Source of the DNA: an uncultured delta proteobacterium
GTDB lineage: Bacteria; Bdellovibrionota_C; UBA2361; OMII01
Direction: 5' to 3'
Assembly: GCA_903904735.1 (NCBI GenBank)
Contig: CAIVDM010000220.1
Location: 20,320-84,319 of the forward strand
DNA length: 64,000 nt
Made by a program: the position numbers and the translations under genes. Below, in pieces: positions 30,438 to 40,449 of the stretch. Positions within the stretch are counted from its first letter, which is position 1; each line of letters begins with the position of its first letter. The notes under the pieces are model-generated. The model was not told the DNA's origin, did no database searches, and saw nothing but the letters and a program-made list of their open reading frames with translations.

Positions 30438-31733
30438 CTATTTTTTAAGATCTTCTGGCTTCACGAACTCTACTGTCGTCTTCGACATCAGATAATCCAG
30501 GATCTTTGTCCTACGAACCTCGAGTAGAAACGACATGATACGGGATTTATCCAACAATACCTTCTTGGCGTTCTCCACTGTCGTGCCGTTCTGGTCCGCG
30601 ACCTTCTGAATCATCGCGTCCCGATCAGCGTCCTCGACCTTAACGTCCTCTTGGGAACCGATACGGTCTATAATGATCGCGCTGCGGATTCTGCTTGTGG
30701 CGATCTCCTCGAACTGCGGGCGGAAGAGCGACAAATCTATCTTCTCGGGATCCGCATCTTTGCCAGCGAACCCGTAGCGAGCCACAAGCCCCCTAATTTC
30801 ATCGTCGACGAGAGCGCTGGGCACTTTGAACTGGTTCTCTTTGATCAGAAGGGTCAAGAGCTCACTCTGACTCTCACCTTTGACCTCTTCCTCAGCCTCA
30901 TTGACGAGGCGCTCACGGATCTTCTCCTTGAGCGCGTCTACGGTCTCCACATCCATTCCAAGAGATTTAACAAAGTCCTCATCCATAGTTGGAAGGGTCT
31001 TTGAATACAATCCGTGCAAATTTCCACGGTAGGTTAGTTTCTTGCCCCGAAGACTCTCATTAGGATGATCATCTTTAGCGACAACAGTCACATCCTTGGT
31101 TTCGCCAACGGCCACGCCAACAAACTGCTCCTCAGCTTCCTTTGAGAGACGCCCAGAGCCGAGCTGATCCACAAACGGCTCAGCCCGTGAGAACTCACCA
31201 TCCTCTACCTGCGTCGCCACGGAGAGCGCCACGACGTCATTGAGCTCAGCGTTGGTTCTGTCCTCGATTGGCTTCAACTCCGCGCGGGAGTCAACGATCC
31301 TCTCGAGAGCGTCGGCCACGTCCTTGTCGCCGATCGTTCGCTTAGCCACCTTCACTGAACGATTGGTGTAGTTCTCAATCGTCGGTGACGGATACAGCTC
31401 TATTACCGCTGTAAACTCGAGCTCCTTCGCCAACTCCATATCCTTGAGATCAACCTGAGGTTGTCCAACCGCGTCGAGCTTGTGCTCCTGGAACGCCGAG
31501 CGCAGCCCTTCATTGATGAGTCTGTTAGTGATATCAAATTTGATCCGATCACCGAGCAATCGCTCGACCATTTTGCGAGGAACTTTTCCTGGTCGAAAAC
31601 CATCGATGCGCGCGGTTCGTCCAACCGTCTTTACGGAGTCCTCATACTCCTTAACGACGCGATCCTTTCCTACAACCACAGTTATTTTCTTAGTGATCTC
31701 GTCTATATCTTGTACTGATGATTGAAAATCCAT
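30438..31733 (-). CDS. tig: trigger factor
   Basis: ribosome-binding GFRPGKVP motif, 431 aa, upstream of clpP-clpX-lon. Confidence 0.93.
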   Translation of the reverse strand: MDFQSSVQDIDEITKKITVVVGKDRVVKEYEDSVKTVGRTARIDGFRPGKVPRKMVERLLGDRIKFDITNRLINEGLRSAFQEHKLDAVGQPQVDLKDMELAKELEFTAVIELYPSPTIENYTNRSVKVAKRTIGDKDVADALERIVDSRAELKPIEDRTNAELNDVVALSVATQVEDGEFSRAEPFVDQLGSGRLSKEAEEQFVGVAVGETKDVTVVAKDDHPNESLRGKKLTYRGNLHGLYSKTLPTMDEDFVKSLGMDVETVDALKEKIRERLVNEAEEEVKGESQSELLTLLIKENQFKVPSALVDDEIRGLVARYGFAGKDADPEKIDLSLFRPQFEEIATSRIRSAIIIDRIGSQEDVKVEDADRDAMIQKVADQNGTTVENAKKVLLDKSRIMSFLLEVRRTKILDYLMSKTTVEFVKPEDLKK

Positions 31734-32112
31734 CTTTCACTCCAGCGTGGCGCAAACCACATATGCTTGTTACTCGCCCGGTAGCCCGCCTAGTCGAATC
31801 GACAGGCACGCTAAGAGCTCCGGACTAAACCCACAGAGTAGTCCCAAAAGCGTCGAAATACCACACCGAGTCGGGAAAAAACGCCAAATCCGGCCATGCG
31901 TCGTCGGCCCCCTTTCCCTAACAATATCATACCGCTACTGCCCTAGCGCCTAGCGAAACGGACCTACGCTCTGCCGACATCCCAGGGTCCGACCAACAGA
32001 TCTCATCGAATCCCCAAACCTATCCTTCACAATCCAAGTACCTAAAAAGACTGATTACGTCAGTCGCCTGCCCTCCTACGACAGGAAATGATCCTCCAAC
32101 TGCCCATCATTA

Positions 32113-32141
32113 TTGCCTCAATGATTTCGATTATATATGCT
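32113..32141 (+). promoter_or_regulatory. putative sigma70 promoter of tRNA-Leu
   Basis: TTGCCT-N17-TATGCT, 68 nt upstream of the tRNA 5' end. Confidence 0.5.
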
Positions 32142-32209
32142 GCTCACCCATGCGTAGTCGTCCCCTCTCCATAATAGGAGTTATAGGAGGAATCACGCTC
32201 GACCCTTCC

Positions 32210-32291
32210 GCGGGGGTGGTGGAATTGGCAGACACGCCAGACTTAGGATCTGGTGCCGCAAGGTTTGGGGGTTCAAGTCCCCCCTCCCGCA
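32210..32291 (+). tRNA. tRNA-Leu(TAG)
   Basis: GCGGGGG acceptor, GGAATTGGCAGAC D-loop, CCAGA-CT-TAG-GA-TCTGG, long variable arm with GCAA loop, GGTTCAAGTCC; CCA not encoded. Confidence 0.95.
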
Positions 32292-32360
32292 TTTCTGAAT
32301 TTAAGAGGACAGTCGCTATCGGCTCTTCGGTCAGTCCGCTCAGACGCAGCAAGGCGCTTC

Positions 32361-34294
32361 ATGCGAGTCTTGCTTTTACTATCACCCCTGTTGTCGCGAT
32401 ATTATTCACAAGTCTGACTGGCTGCTGGGGCGACAAGATGCCCTCCCCAAGCGCGGTCACGAACTCATGCTCCCCAACTGCAGAAGAGTTCGCCACGAAT
32501 GCTCGACAAGGATACGACTACTTCAAACGACACAATGCCGCCGATTGGAGGGTGTCACTTGAGACGATTCGGGAAGTACGCGCGAGAGCGCAACATACGC
32601 CAAGCGACTCATCCCTTCCTCTTATCTGGGAAGAGGGAGATCGCTTTCCAAGCGTCAGGCGAAGCGATGGTAGTGTTTTTAGACTCACTCCAATTTTGAA
32701 TCGGCATCAGGTAAGTGCCATCCTTCGCGTCGCGACCAACAACAGCGCTAAGGTCATCGTCGTCATAGCCCAGACACCAGCGACTTCACGTCAAATCCTC
32801 CTCATCATCGACACGCGGACTGGTGCAACCTCAGAGATCAACGTCGACGCTTACGACGCTTTGTGGATGGATAATTCCAGTCTTCTCTTCTCCGCGCGAG
32901 TTAACTATGAACCGCGAGCCGTGTTCTCTCTGCGCCTGGGGGAAGCTCCTCGCGAAATTGCCTCTACTAAAGAGCCGGGCGAGGCACTCTTATTGCGTTC
33001 AAGCGGCAGAGAGGGATACGGGTTTATTGAGCACAGTCACCCTGAATGGTCCTTCTTTGAAGTCGCGAACTCCTCGAATCCTTCCCACACGAAGATAATT
33101 ACTTCTAAAGGTACGCCGGGCAGCGCTTGTTCAATTCTTGAGAACTCTATCTTCTGCTCTTCATTCAGCAAACATCCAAACGGTTCAATCTCTCGTACGG
33201 CCCTGGGAGGAGAGTCTCGCCCTCACACGGTATATGTGGAATCGTCAGGTGGAGCGATCTCTCATCTCTCTCCCTGCTCTGAGGGGCTCGCGATATTTAC
33301 ATCACATGGGTCTTACTCAACCCAGTCGGTGATTTCTAGTGAAGGCGCGCTCGTCAGAGCTCCGCTTCACGGAGGCGAGACTACTACGCTCGTTCCCGCT
33401 CCCAGTTATATAGGAGGTACTGGCTCTCGAGTCACCAGACGATCATTTTTAAGGCCTAACGAAACCATGAGCGTGGAGTGCATGCCGAACGTATCGCCGG
33501 CTCAACGCTCGCGCTTCTGCGAGAGCTGCGTAGAACGCTCGCTCTCTACCATCAGCGCGGATGGCGTTTCTATCCCAATCTCACTGGTGACTCCCAGTAA
33601 TCCACGTGGTCTTCTTATTAAAGTATATGGGTCTTACGGCGTCAGCTCTCGCGCCGAGTTTTCGCCGGAAGTTATATCCCTCACACACCAAGGCATCGCG
33701 GTCGCCCTGGCCCATGTGAGAGGCGGAGGCGAACTCGGCCCTTCATGGCATTCTCAGGCGAAAAGCGCGAACAAGGCGCGGTCGGTGGAAGATCTATCCG
33801 CGAGCATTTCAGAGCTTTCACGGATGTTAAATCTGCCACCACAGCGTGTAATCCTCTACGGGCGAAGCGCGGGAGCGTGGCTCGCGGCGAAAACAGCCAC
33901 GTTACACCCGGAGAAGATTAGCGCCCTTATTCTTGAAGCTCCTCTGCTAGACTTAGAGAAAGTGGTGCCGAACAAAACGCTTCCTCTGTATGAGAGAGAG
34001 CGTCACGAGTGGGGCGTCTCACCGAAAGTGTTGCGTGCTTTCTCGCCCACCCTCCCGTTACACAAAATGTCGATCGATCTACTTGCCCAAATACCTTTGC
34101 GAGACCAACTCGCCCCACCTTACGACACACTCCGCTGGCTGCGTGACTTTGAATGTCATCAATCCCCTCACTTCCGTACAATCGTCTCCTTATTGCCAGA
34201 GGCGGACCATAGCGGTCCAACATCCCGGCTAGCGGTTGACGAGTGGAGCGCCGCTCAAGAGGTATTCATCAAGAACGTGATCGAGCGAGAATAG
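32361..34294 (+). CDS. S9 prolyl-oligopeptidase/oligopeptidase-B-like protein, probably exported; true start uncertain
   Basis: VYGSYG, AHVRGGGELGPSWH, nucleophile GRSAG, candidate Asp (RDQL) and His (ADHSG); LTG-C lipobox-like segment; the ORF-track start at 32150 overlaps the tRNA and is rejected. Confidence 0.7.
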
Positions 34295-34379
34295 TAGAGT
34301 AGGCATGGCTCCTTCAGGTTAGGATTGATAGTCGGAGATCAAAGGAGAGGTTCAACATGAATCGCTTTAAACCTTCGAA

Positions 34380-34976
34380 TCACGATCCGTATCTTTCGGC
34401 CAGGAACGCCTTCAAACCACTGACTCCCAGATCCGTGAATCGCACGACCCCCTTGTCGTCAATGAAAACCGCGTAAGGCAATCGCTCTCCATAAAAAGCG
34501 AGAAAAGCCTCGTCTTGCACATCATTGCCTGAGAATACGTGCGTCATGCTCTCGAGGCCTTGGAGGCGTATCCGATTCTGGAGCTCTTCGTACGCTTCGT
34601 TCTTATCGACGCTGATGGCGTAGAACTCAACCTCCGGCCTATCCTTGTACACACGAGCTAAGGCCTCAAACTCTTGAATACCTGAGCGCGAATGCGGACA
34701 CCACGTCGCCCAAAAGAGAAGCGCCACATTTCTTCCAGCCCTACTGCTCAGCGCGATATGCTCTCCGCTAAGGAGCATCAAACGACTCTGGGGTGCCTGT
34801 CGCCCAATGAGCGATCGAGCTTGGTCAGAGAGAGACGCACAGCCCGGTAGAACAACGCAAAGAAGAAGCGCCGTGGCCAGCGCGTATGCCCTAAAAGTAG
34901 TGTCATAGCCGCGTGCTGTGACGCCTATAGCGTGAAATACTAAGAATAGAGTTCTCATCATCGCCCCTCTATACAC
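34380..34976 (-). CDS. TlpA/ResA-like thioredoxin-fold lipoprotein with CxxS site
   Basis: LLFWATWCPHS, FYAISVD, LPYAVFIDDKGVVR; LPG-C lipobox-like segment; start uncertain. Confidence 0.78.
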   Translation of the reverse strand: MYRGAMMRTLFLVFHAIGVTARGYDTTFRAYALATALLLCVVLPGCASLSDQARSLIGRQAPQSRLMLLSGEHIALSSRAGRNVALLFWATWCPHSRSGIQEFEALARVYKDRPEVEFYAISVDKNEAYEELQNRIRLQGLESMTHVFSGNDVQDEAFLAFYGERLPYAVFIDDKGVVRFTDLGVSGLKAFLAERYGS

Positions 34977-35051
34977 TAGGTGGGTTCACCACCTTAGAAC
35001 AAGAGCGTGGTGAACGTTGACATCACCTACTGTACAGAAGATTACCCTTTA

Positions 35052-37385
35052 TCAGGAACCCCTAATTCGGGGCATTTCACTCTCGTACCGAGCCTTCACC
35101 TCTGGATCCGACTCAGTCAGATACGCGTCGACGATCTGCTGCCAGCTTGACGACAGAGATACCCCTTTTACGTACGGTATAATGAGCAATCGGACACGTT
35201 TGTCCGGATGCTTGAGTAAATCCACGAGCAGCACGGGATTGATCGTATCGCCCAAGTTCTCAAGAATCGCTTTGACAAGTAGTGGGCTTCCGCGCTGTAG
35301 CATGAGCTTGGACAGTTGCGACGCGAACGGCGTTCCTCGAATCGACGAAAACGCGGTCTTCACTTCCTCCTGGCTCAGAGAATCAATGAGCCCGACCCCT
35401 CCGATGAATCTGCCGTAGTAGGCTCGGCCAACGTCAATGTTATTACTCACATATGAAAGCGCGTCATCAACCGAGACATTTCCCGTCGACTTAGTGCTCA
35501 ACGCGTTAAGGGAGCTCTCAATCACCTCTGAATTCGCGTTCATCAAAAGCGTGGCTAGTAAAACTTTTACCGACGCTGGGTCGTACCACTGACTATAGTT
35601 CTGCACGTCATCCATGTCAGGCTGCCGCCGCGCGCTCTTAAGGAGCGCTCCCATCGGGATGTTTTGCATATCGGAGGCGTGGGCGATGCTTTGAACAAAA
35701 AAACGATGATACCCCGGAGCTAATTGATTAATTCGATTCGATTTGACGAACTTCTGCAATTGCTCAGCGCGTTGTAAAATTAAGGTCTCTAGTAGCCACC
35801 ATGCGTCCTGGTCACTCATCGATGAGGCTCTCTGCATGATAGGCTCGAAAAAAAGCTCTCGGGCGCTCGGGATAGCGGCGATCAGCGCTAACGTACTAAC
35901 TGAGTCTATAGGGGCTCGCCCCACTCCGGTCTGCTTCCTCGCTCCTCTCATGAGTAGCTCTCGGAACAAGTTCGGATCAGATAGATCAAGTGTGAGAGCT
36001 CCAGCGAGCATATATGCGAGATCTGGGTCGACTGGCTCATAGGAAATTACCGCGTCTCGTCTTTTTTCTTTCGGCAGGTCCAATTCCATCACTTTCAGTA
36101 TGGCGGACATATCGGCCGGTTTCATGGATGACGGGGCTTTGACGAGATATCCTAGCACCTCGGCGGCAATGGAATATCCGCCGCTCTTTCCCTGTGAAAG
36201 TCGCTCTTGCCAGAGAGCGGAAAGTTCAGGTGTGGAGATGGTCTGTGTGGGTTCTGTGTTTGTCGATACGCGAGAACCCGCCTCAGGTTGCTCGGACGTA
36301 TCCTGCGAGGGGATGGCCGCCACGTCCTCTCCGTTAATTAAGTCTCGCCAGTCGCTTTTTAGAAGCCCCGCCCGCTCGGTCTCGGATATAGATGGAAAAA
36401 TCGGGACGAGCGACCACACGGCGAACAGCGCCAAACACAGCGACCCGCAAGCGCAGCTCATCACAAACAAGCGGGGGCGAGATAGTTGCCGGAGCCACGC
36501 CTGCCTCCTAATTTCGCCACGTGGGAGCGAAATGACCTGGGTATGTTCTTGTTTTTGGTCATGTAAGGTGTCGTGCCCGTCGTGGCTCTCGGCCGCGAGC
36601 CTTTTCTCGCAGGCGACATGAACGCTTATCGCGTCAAGCAGTTCGCTCGCGTTTTTATACCTTTCAGTGGGAGAGCGAGAGAGCACACCCGGCAAAACAG
36701 TCCTCAGCCACGTCGGCGCCTGAGGGTCTAGTGACCTCACGTAATCCGGCACATTTGAGGCCTGAATCGAATTGTCGGGGAAACCCGCGCCAAATAACCG
36801 AAGTCCTATTACCGCCAAAGCGTATACATCAGCCGCCTGGCTTGACTCAGTCGCGTCGAGAAGCTCAGGTGGGATAAGCACTCGGTATTCCGCCGATAGC
36901 TCTCTATGCGGCCTCCCGAAAGCGCCCCCCGCATAACCAACGAAATGCACATCCTCATCGGAATCGAGCATGAAGGAATCCCCGCACAGATTGCCACACA
37001 CGCGACCCGGAAGGTGGAGGGCCTCTATTTTAAGTATCGCCGCTAGGAATCTACGCGCTTTGACAAGCGGAGTTGGAGCGTCATAGTCCAGTCGCTTCGT
37101 TGCGAGGGATGACAGCGCGACGTAACCGATTCCATCCACGTCACATCCATAGCGTGATATCCGTTCGATTCCTCCCTCGCTTAAGGATAGTATGTGCTGA
37201 TGGAACGCTATCTTACCGTTCTCGGTGAGTGCCTCTCTGGTGAACCAAATCGCGCAGTGTAAATTGCCCGTCTTATCGTAGGCTCGGTATCCGTCCGCTA
37301 ACGAGTTGGCGCCAAACTTCCAATCGAGCGAGTAGTACTCACTGAGGTGCTCTAAGTATGTTGGCTCGCGCTTCCTGAAAAACAT
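35052..37385 (-). CDS. membrane-anchored Ser/Thr pseudokinase with large helical/HEAT-like C-terminal domain
   Basis: kinase C-lobe remnants IPPE, SQAADVYALAVI, PTERYKNASELL but HRD replaced by CGN and no DFG or Gly-loop; one TM near residues 305-330; C-terminal DLLKHPDKRVR HEAT-like motif. Confidence 0.65.
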   Translation of the reverse strand: MFFRKREPTYLEHLSEYYSLDWKFGANSLADGYRAYDKTGNLHCAIWFTREALTENGKIAFHQHILSLSEGGIERISRYGCDVDGIGYVALSSLATKRLDYDAPTPLVKARRFLAAILKIEALHLPGRVCGNLCGDSFMLDSDEDVHFVGYAGGAFGRPHRELSAEYRVLIPPELLDATESSQAADVYALAVIGLRLFGAGFPDNSIQASNVPDYVRSLDPQAPTWLRTVLPGVLSRSPTERYKNASELLDAISVHVACEKRLAAESHDGHDTLHDQKQEHTQVISLPRGEIRRQAWLRQLSRPRLFVMSCACGSLCLALFAVWSLVPIFPSISETERAGLLKSDWRDLINGEDVAAIPSQDTSEQPEAGSRVSTNTEPTQTISTPELSALWQERLSQGKSGGYSIAAEVLGYLVKAPSSMKPADMSAILKVMELDLPKEKRRDAVISYEPVDPDLAYMLAGALTLDLSDPNLFRELLMRGARKQTGVGRAPIDSVSTLALIAAIPSARELFFEPIMQRASSMSDQDAWWLLETLILQRAEQLQKFVKSNRINQLAPGYHRFFVQSIAHASDMQNIPMGALLKSARRQPDMDDVQNYSQWYDPASVKVLLATLLMNANSEVIESSLNALSTKSTGNVSVDDALSYVSNNIDVGRAYYGRFIGGVGLIDSLSQEEVKTAFSSIRGTPFASQLSKLMLQRGSPLLVKAILENLGDTINPVLLVDLLKHPDKRVRLLIIPYVKGVSLSSSWQQIVDAYLTESDPEVKARYESEMPRIRGS

Positions 37386-37402
37386 ACCCAGCTATCCTGC
37401 CG

Positions 37403-39490
37403 TCATCGCATCTTCCAAACTCCCACTTGCATCACTGGAAAAGCCGGATCAACTTCGTCAAGTGTTGTTACAAACAAGTTAAGTCCAGTTACTCGGACAA
37501 ATGAGATCACTTTTTCTTTCACGTCTTTGCTGCAGAGCAAGGCGATCGGCAATATGCCCCCGCTAAAGGCCGGCCGCAAAAGCGAATGTAATCCTTGAAA
37601 CAACCCATCATACTGCTCAGGCGGCATCGCCAGGGCAGTTGTCCAACGGTCAGTCTGTACATCCTCAAAATCGCGCTCTACCCTTGGTGAAAGTGTAATG
37701 ACCGGTAGGACAGGGATACTCCCAACAAATCTTCTGACTATTTGGCGTCGCCTGCTCGCGCGTATGAAATGCACCGCTTCGGCAACGGCCACCGGGATGT
37801 TGGAGTCGGTAGTGACGCCAGACGCGGCGCAATACTGCGCGAGCGCCTCAATAATCGAGCGAAAGTCCCGGATGCTGACACCCTGTCGCACTAACTCCTG
37901 AAGGATCTCCGTCAGCTTGGGAATTGAGACAAACTCCCTACCGAATCCATCTCCCATCAGTCCCGGATATTTCTTCTCGATCTGCCTCAGAAGTGAATGG
38001 ACATACGTCACGGAGATAAATTCCTCTGGGTGACGAATGCAGAACTGGCACATCCGGAGCGTGATGAAGTCAAAGAAGTCATAGTAACCGATACTGCCCG
38101 CCATTAACATTCTTGTGACGGCGGGCGAATCTTTCGTCCAAAAGACACGGTGCCCGGTGACGGGATGCTCCTCTTCGCGAATGACTTTCAATCCCAGCGC
38201 CTCAGCCTGTGAAGATGATATCTCGACCAGTATTGAGTTTGTTGGCACATCGCCAGCGAACAGCTCGACACCAAAATAACTCGCTTTGTAGGCATTTGAG
38301 CCTAGAAGGCTATCACTCTGGACTAGGAGCGGCGGTAAGGAAATCCCGATATCATCGAGCATTTTCTCACGAAAAGCCCTCCACTTGGCGGATAGCCCTT
38401 GTATCTCTTGCCGGTACAAACGATGTAAATCCTTTGAATCAAGCGACAGAACGATCCTCCCCTCGACCGAATCGGCTTCTTTGCTGCCAAGAAGACTCTC
38501 GCCCTGATCAGCGGAGAGGGTTCCGTCAAACGACGCTCGACCGTGACTGTGGCGAAGTGCCCACCATCCTATCGTCGTGACTCCTACGCTTGCCACTAGG
38601 AACGGAAGCGTGGGCAATCCAGGAACGAGCGCCATGCCGAATAGTATGAATGCCGTCACGAACAATGTCACAGGCTGATCAAATAGCTGAGCGCGGAGAT
38701 CCGCGCTCAGGCTAGACCGTTCAGACGATGACACTCTTGTGACGATGATTCCCGCGCAGATAGATGTAAGTAAACTCGGGATCTGGGTCACAAGCCCATC
38801 GCCCACGGTAAGGACTGTATAAGTCTGCACCGCGTCACTAAACCCCATACCTCCTAGTATGCCCATGTACATACCGCCGAAGATGTTCGCCGCGATTATA
38901 AAAAGACCCGCTATCGCGTCGCCCTGTACAAACTTCATCGCGCCATCCATCGAGCCATAAAGCTGCGATTCCCTGCGCAACTCATCACGCTTGAGACGAG
39001 CCTCGTTCGCTGATATGACCCCGGCGCGCGCGTCATTATCAATCATCATCTGTTTGCCGGGTAAGGCGTCCAAGGCGAATCGAGCCGCCACCTCTGAAAC
39101 TCGGCCCGCTCCGCTTGAGATCACGATAAAGTTGACGACCGTGACTATTGAGAAAATAATGAGTCCAACGACTACTTCTCCACGAATAAGAAACGTTCCA
39201 AACGCCTCAATCACTCGCCCCGCCTCACCTTGTGATAGGATGAGTCTGGCTGACGCCACGTTTAATCCTAGGCGAAATAGCGTGCTCAATAGCAGAATGG
39301 TTGGAAACGTGTACAGGGCGCCCGAATTAGCGACGTATAAACCAATTAAGAGAAGCAAGATGGCGAAGGCGATATTACACACCAACAAAATATCTAAGAC
39401 AGGAGTGGGAAGCGGAATTATCAGCATCGCCGCGATGGCGACGACAAAGAGCATCAATATCAGGTCTGAATACTTCACGCGCTGTGCCAT
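37403..39490 (-). CDS. sctV: type III secretion export-gate major subunit, FlhA/SctV (FHIPEP) family, SctV-like
   Basis: FPTILLLSTLFRLGLNVAS, RVSEVAARFALDALPGKQM, ESQLYGSMDGAMKFVQGDAIAG, LTVGDGLVTQIP, LVRQGVSIRD; short RLILSQGEAG loop typical of SctV rather than FlhA. Confidence 0.8.
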   Translation of the reverse strand: MAQRVKYSDLILMLFVVAIAAMLIIPLPTPVLDILLVCNIAFAILLLLIGLYVANSGALYTFPTILLLSTLFRLGLNVASARLILSQGEAGRVIEAFGTFLIRGEVVVGLIIFSIVTVVNFIVISSGAGRVSEVAARFALDALPGKQMMIDNDARAGVISANEARLKRDELRRESQLYGSMDGAMKFVQGDAIAGLFIIAANIFGGMYMGILGGMGFSDAVQTYTVLTVGDGLVTQIPSLLTSICAGIIVTRVSSSERSSLSADLRAQLFDQPVTLFVTAFILFGMALVPGLPTLPFLVASVGVTTIGWWALRHSHGRASFDGTLSADQGESLLGSKEADSVEGRIVLSLDSKDLHRLYRQEIQGLSAKWRAFREKMLDDIGISLPPLLVQSDSLLGSNAYKASYFGVELFAGDVPTNSILVEISSSQAEALGLKVIREEEHPVTGHRVFWTKDSPAVTRMLMAGSIGYYDFFDFITLRMCQFCIRHPEEFISVTYVHSLLRQIEKKYPGLMGDGFGREFVSIPKLTEILQELVRQGVSIRDFRSIIEALAQYCAASGVTTDSNIPVAVAEAVHFIRASRRRQIVRRFVGSIPVLPVITLSPRVERDFEDVQTDRWTTALAMPPEQYDGLFQGLHSLLRPAFSGGILPIALLCSKDVKEKVISFVRVTGLNLFVTTLDEVDPAFPVMQVGVWKMR

Positions 39491-39518
39491 ATTGGTCCGG
39501 TTGGGCCCCTCACCTATA

Positions 39519-40445
39519 TTAGGTAACCTTGAGCATTTGCGAGCCGATGCCTATGAATAGTAAGATCATGTAGGCCACAAAGACGAGCGCCACTGGGCCT
39601 GAGGCTTTAAGCTCAAGCTTCCGAATGCGCTCCTCTATCTTCGCTTCTCGTTGAGCGCCGACGGCGTCCGCGAGGTCCTGAAGCTGCTTCGATATCTCTC
39701 CTCCAAACTTCGCTACCTGAGACAGCGCTAGCAAGACATGCTTTAACTCGCTATGTCCAGACGCTCGACCAATCTCTTTGAGTGAATCCTCCAAGCTTAC
39801 ACCTGATTTCACATAGAACTGGGAATATTTAAGAAGTTCTGTTACCGCGTTGTGACTCTTTCGCTCATCCGCCATCTGCACAATGCGAGATAAACAAGGC
39901 CCTATGTCGAGAGAACTGCTAACTCCAATCGATATCTGCTCGATCACCAGTGGGAGATAATACGAAATGTCCTCATGCTGCTGAAGTATCCATTTATTGA
40001 TGATTCTGAGCGGTAGATACACACCGAGAATCACACCAAGAAAGCCTCCCAACATGATCATGTCAGAGGTTCCAATAAATGCTCCAAGTATGAGACCCAC
40101 GATACCACAAACTAGTGGGGCTAACATCTGCTTTTGGCGAAAGTCTCTGCGCTCTTCCTCGGACAATCGCCCGGCCATAAACAGCTTTTCATCGGTCGTG
40201 GGCTCCTTCTTTTTCCGCCCAGTCTTTTGAAAGGCACTGTCTATCTCATGCTCCTCCCCCTCATCCTCCTCCGCCTCGAGATCAAGGTCCTCCTCATTTG
40301 ACTCAGCGTACATGAGCTCGCGACCAGCACGACGAAGATTACCTCTTCCTAATCTGCGTGTTTGAGTCGCTAATGCGTACCATCCCGCCGCTACGGCGAA
40401 GAGTAGAGCAGCGACGACTATGGTGATTAAGAGTGTCCTGTCCAC
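39519..40445 (-). CDS. tadC: Tad inner-membrane platform protein TadC (T2SS-F fold)
   Basis: LPLVIEQISIGVSSSL...GGEISKQLQDLAD...EAKIEERIRKL..K...PVALVF; follows tadB. Confidence 0.82.
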   Translation of the reverse strand: MDRTLLITIVVAALLFAVAAGWYALATQTRRLGRGNLRRAGRELMYAESNEEDLDLEAEEDEGEEHEIDSAFQKTGRKKKEPTTDEKLFMAGRLSEEERRDFRQKQMLAPLVCGIVGLILGAFIGTSDMIMLGGFLGVILGVYLPLRIINKWILQQHEDISYYLPLVIEQISIGVSSSLDIGPCLSRIVQMADERKSHNAVTELLKYSQFYVKSGVSLEDSLKEIGRASGHSELKHVLLALSQVAKFGGEISKQLQDLADAVGAQREAKIEERIRKLELKASGPVALVFVAYMILLFIGIGSQMLKVT

Positions 40446-40449
40446 TCGC

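Noticed and set aside
32150-32360. 714-aa ORF start running through tRNA-Leu
   Set aside because: The N-terminal residues are just the translated tRNA and its promoter; the real start must lie downstream.
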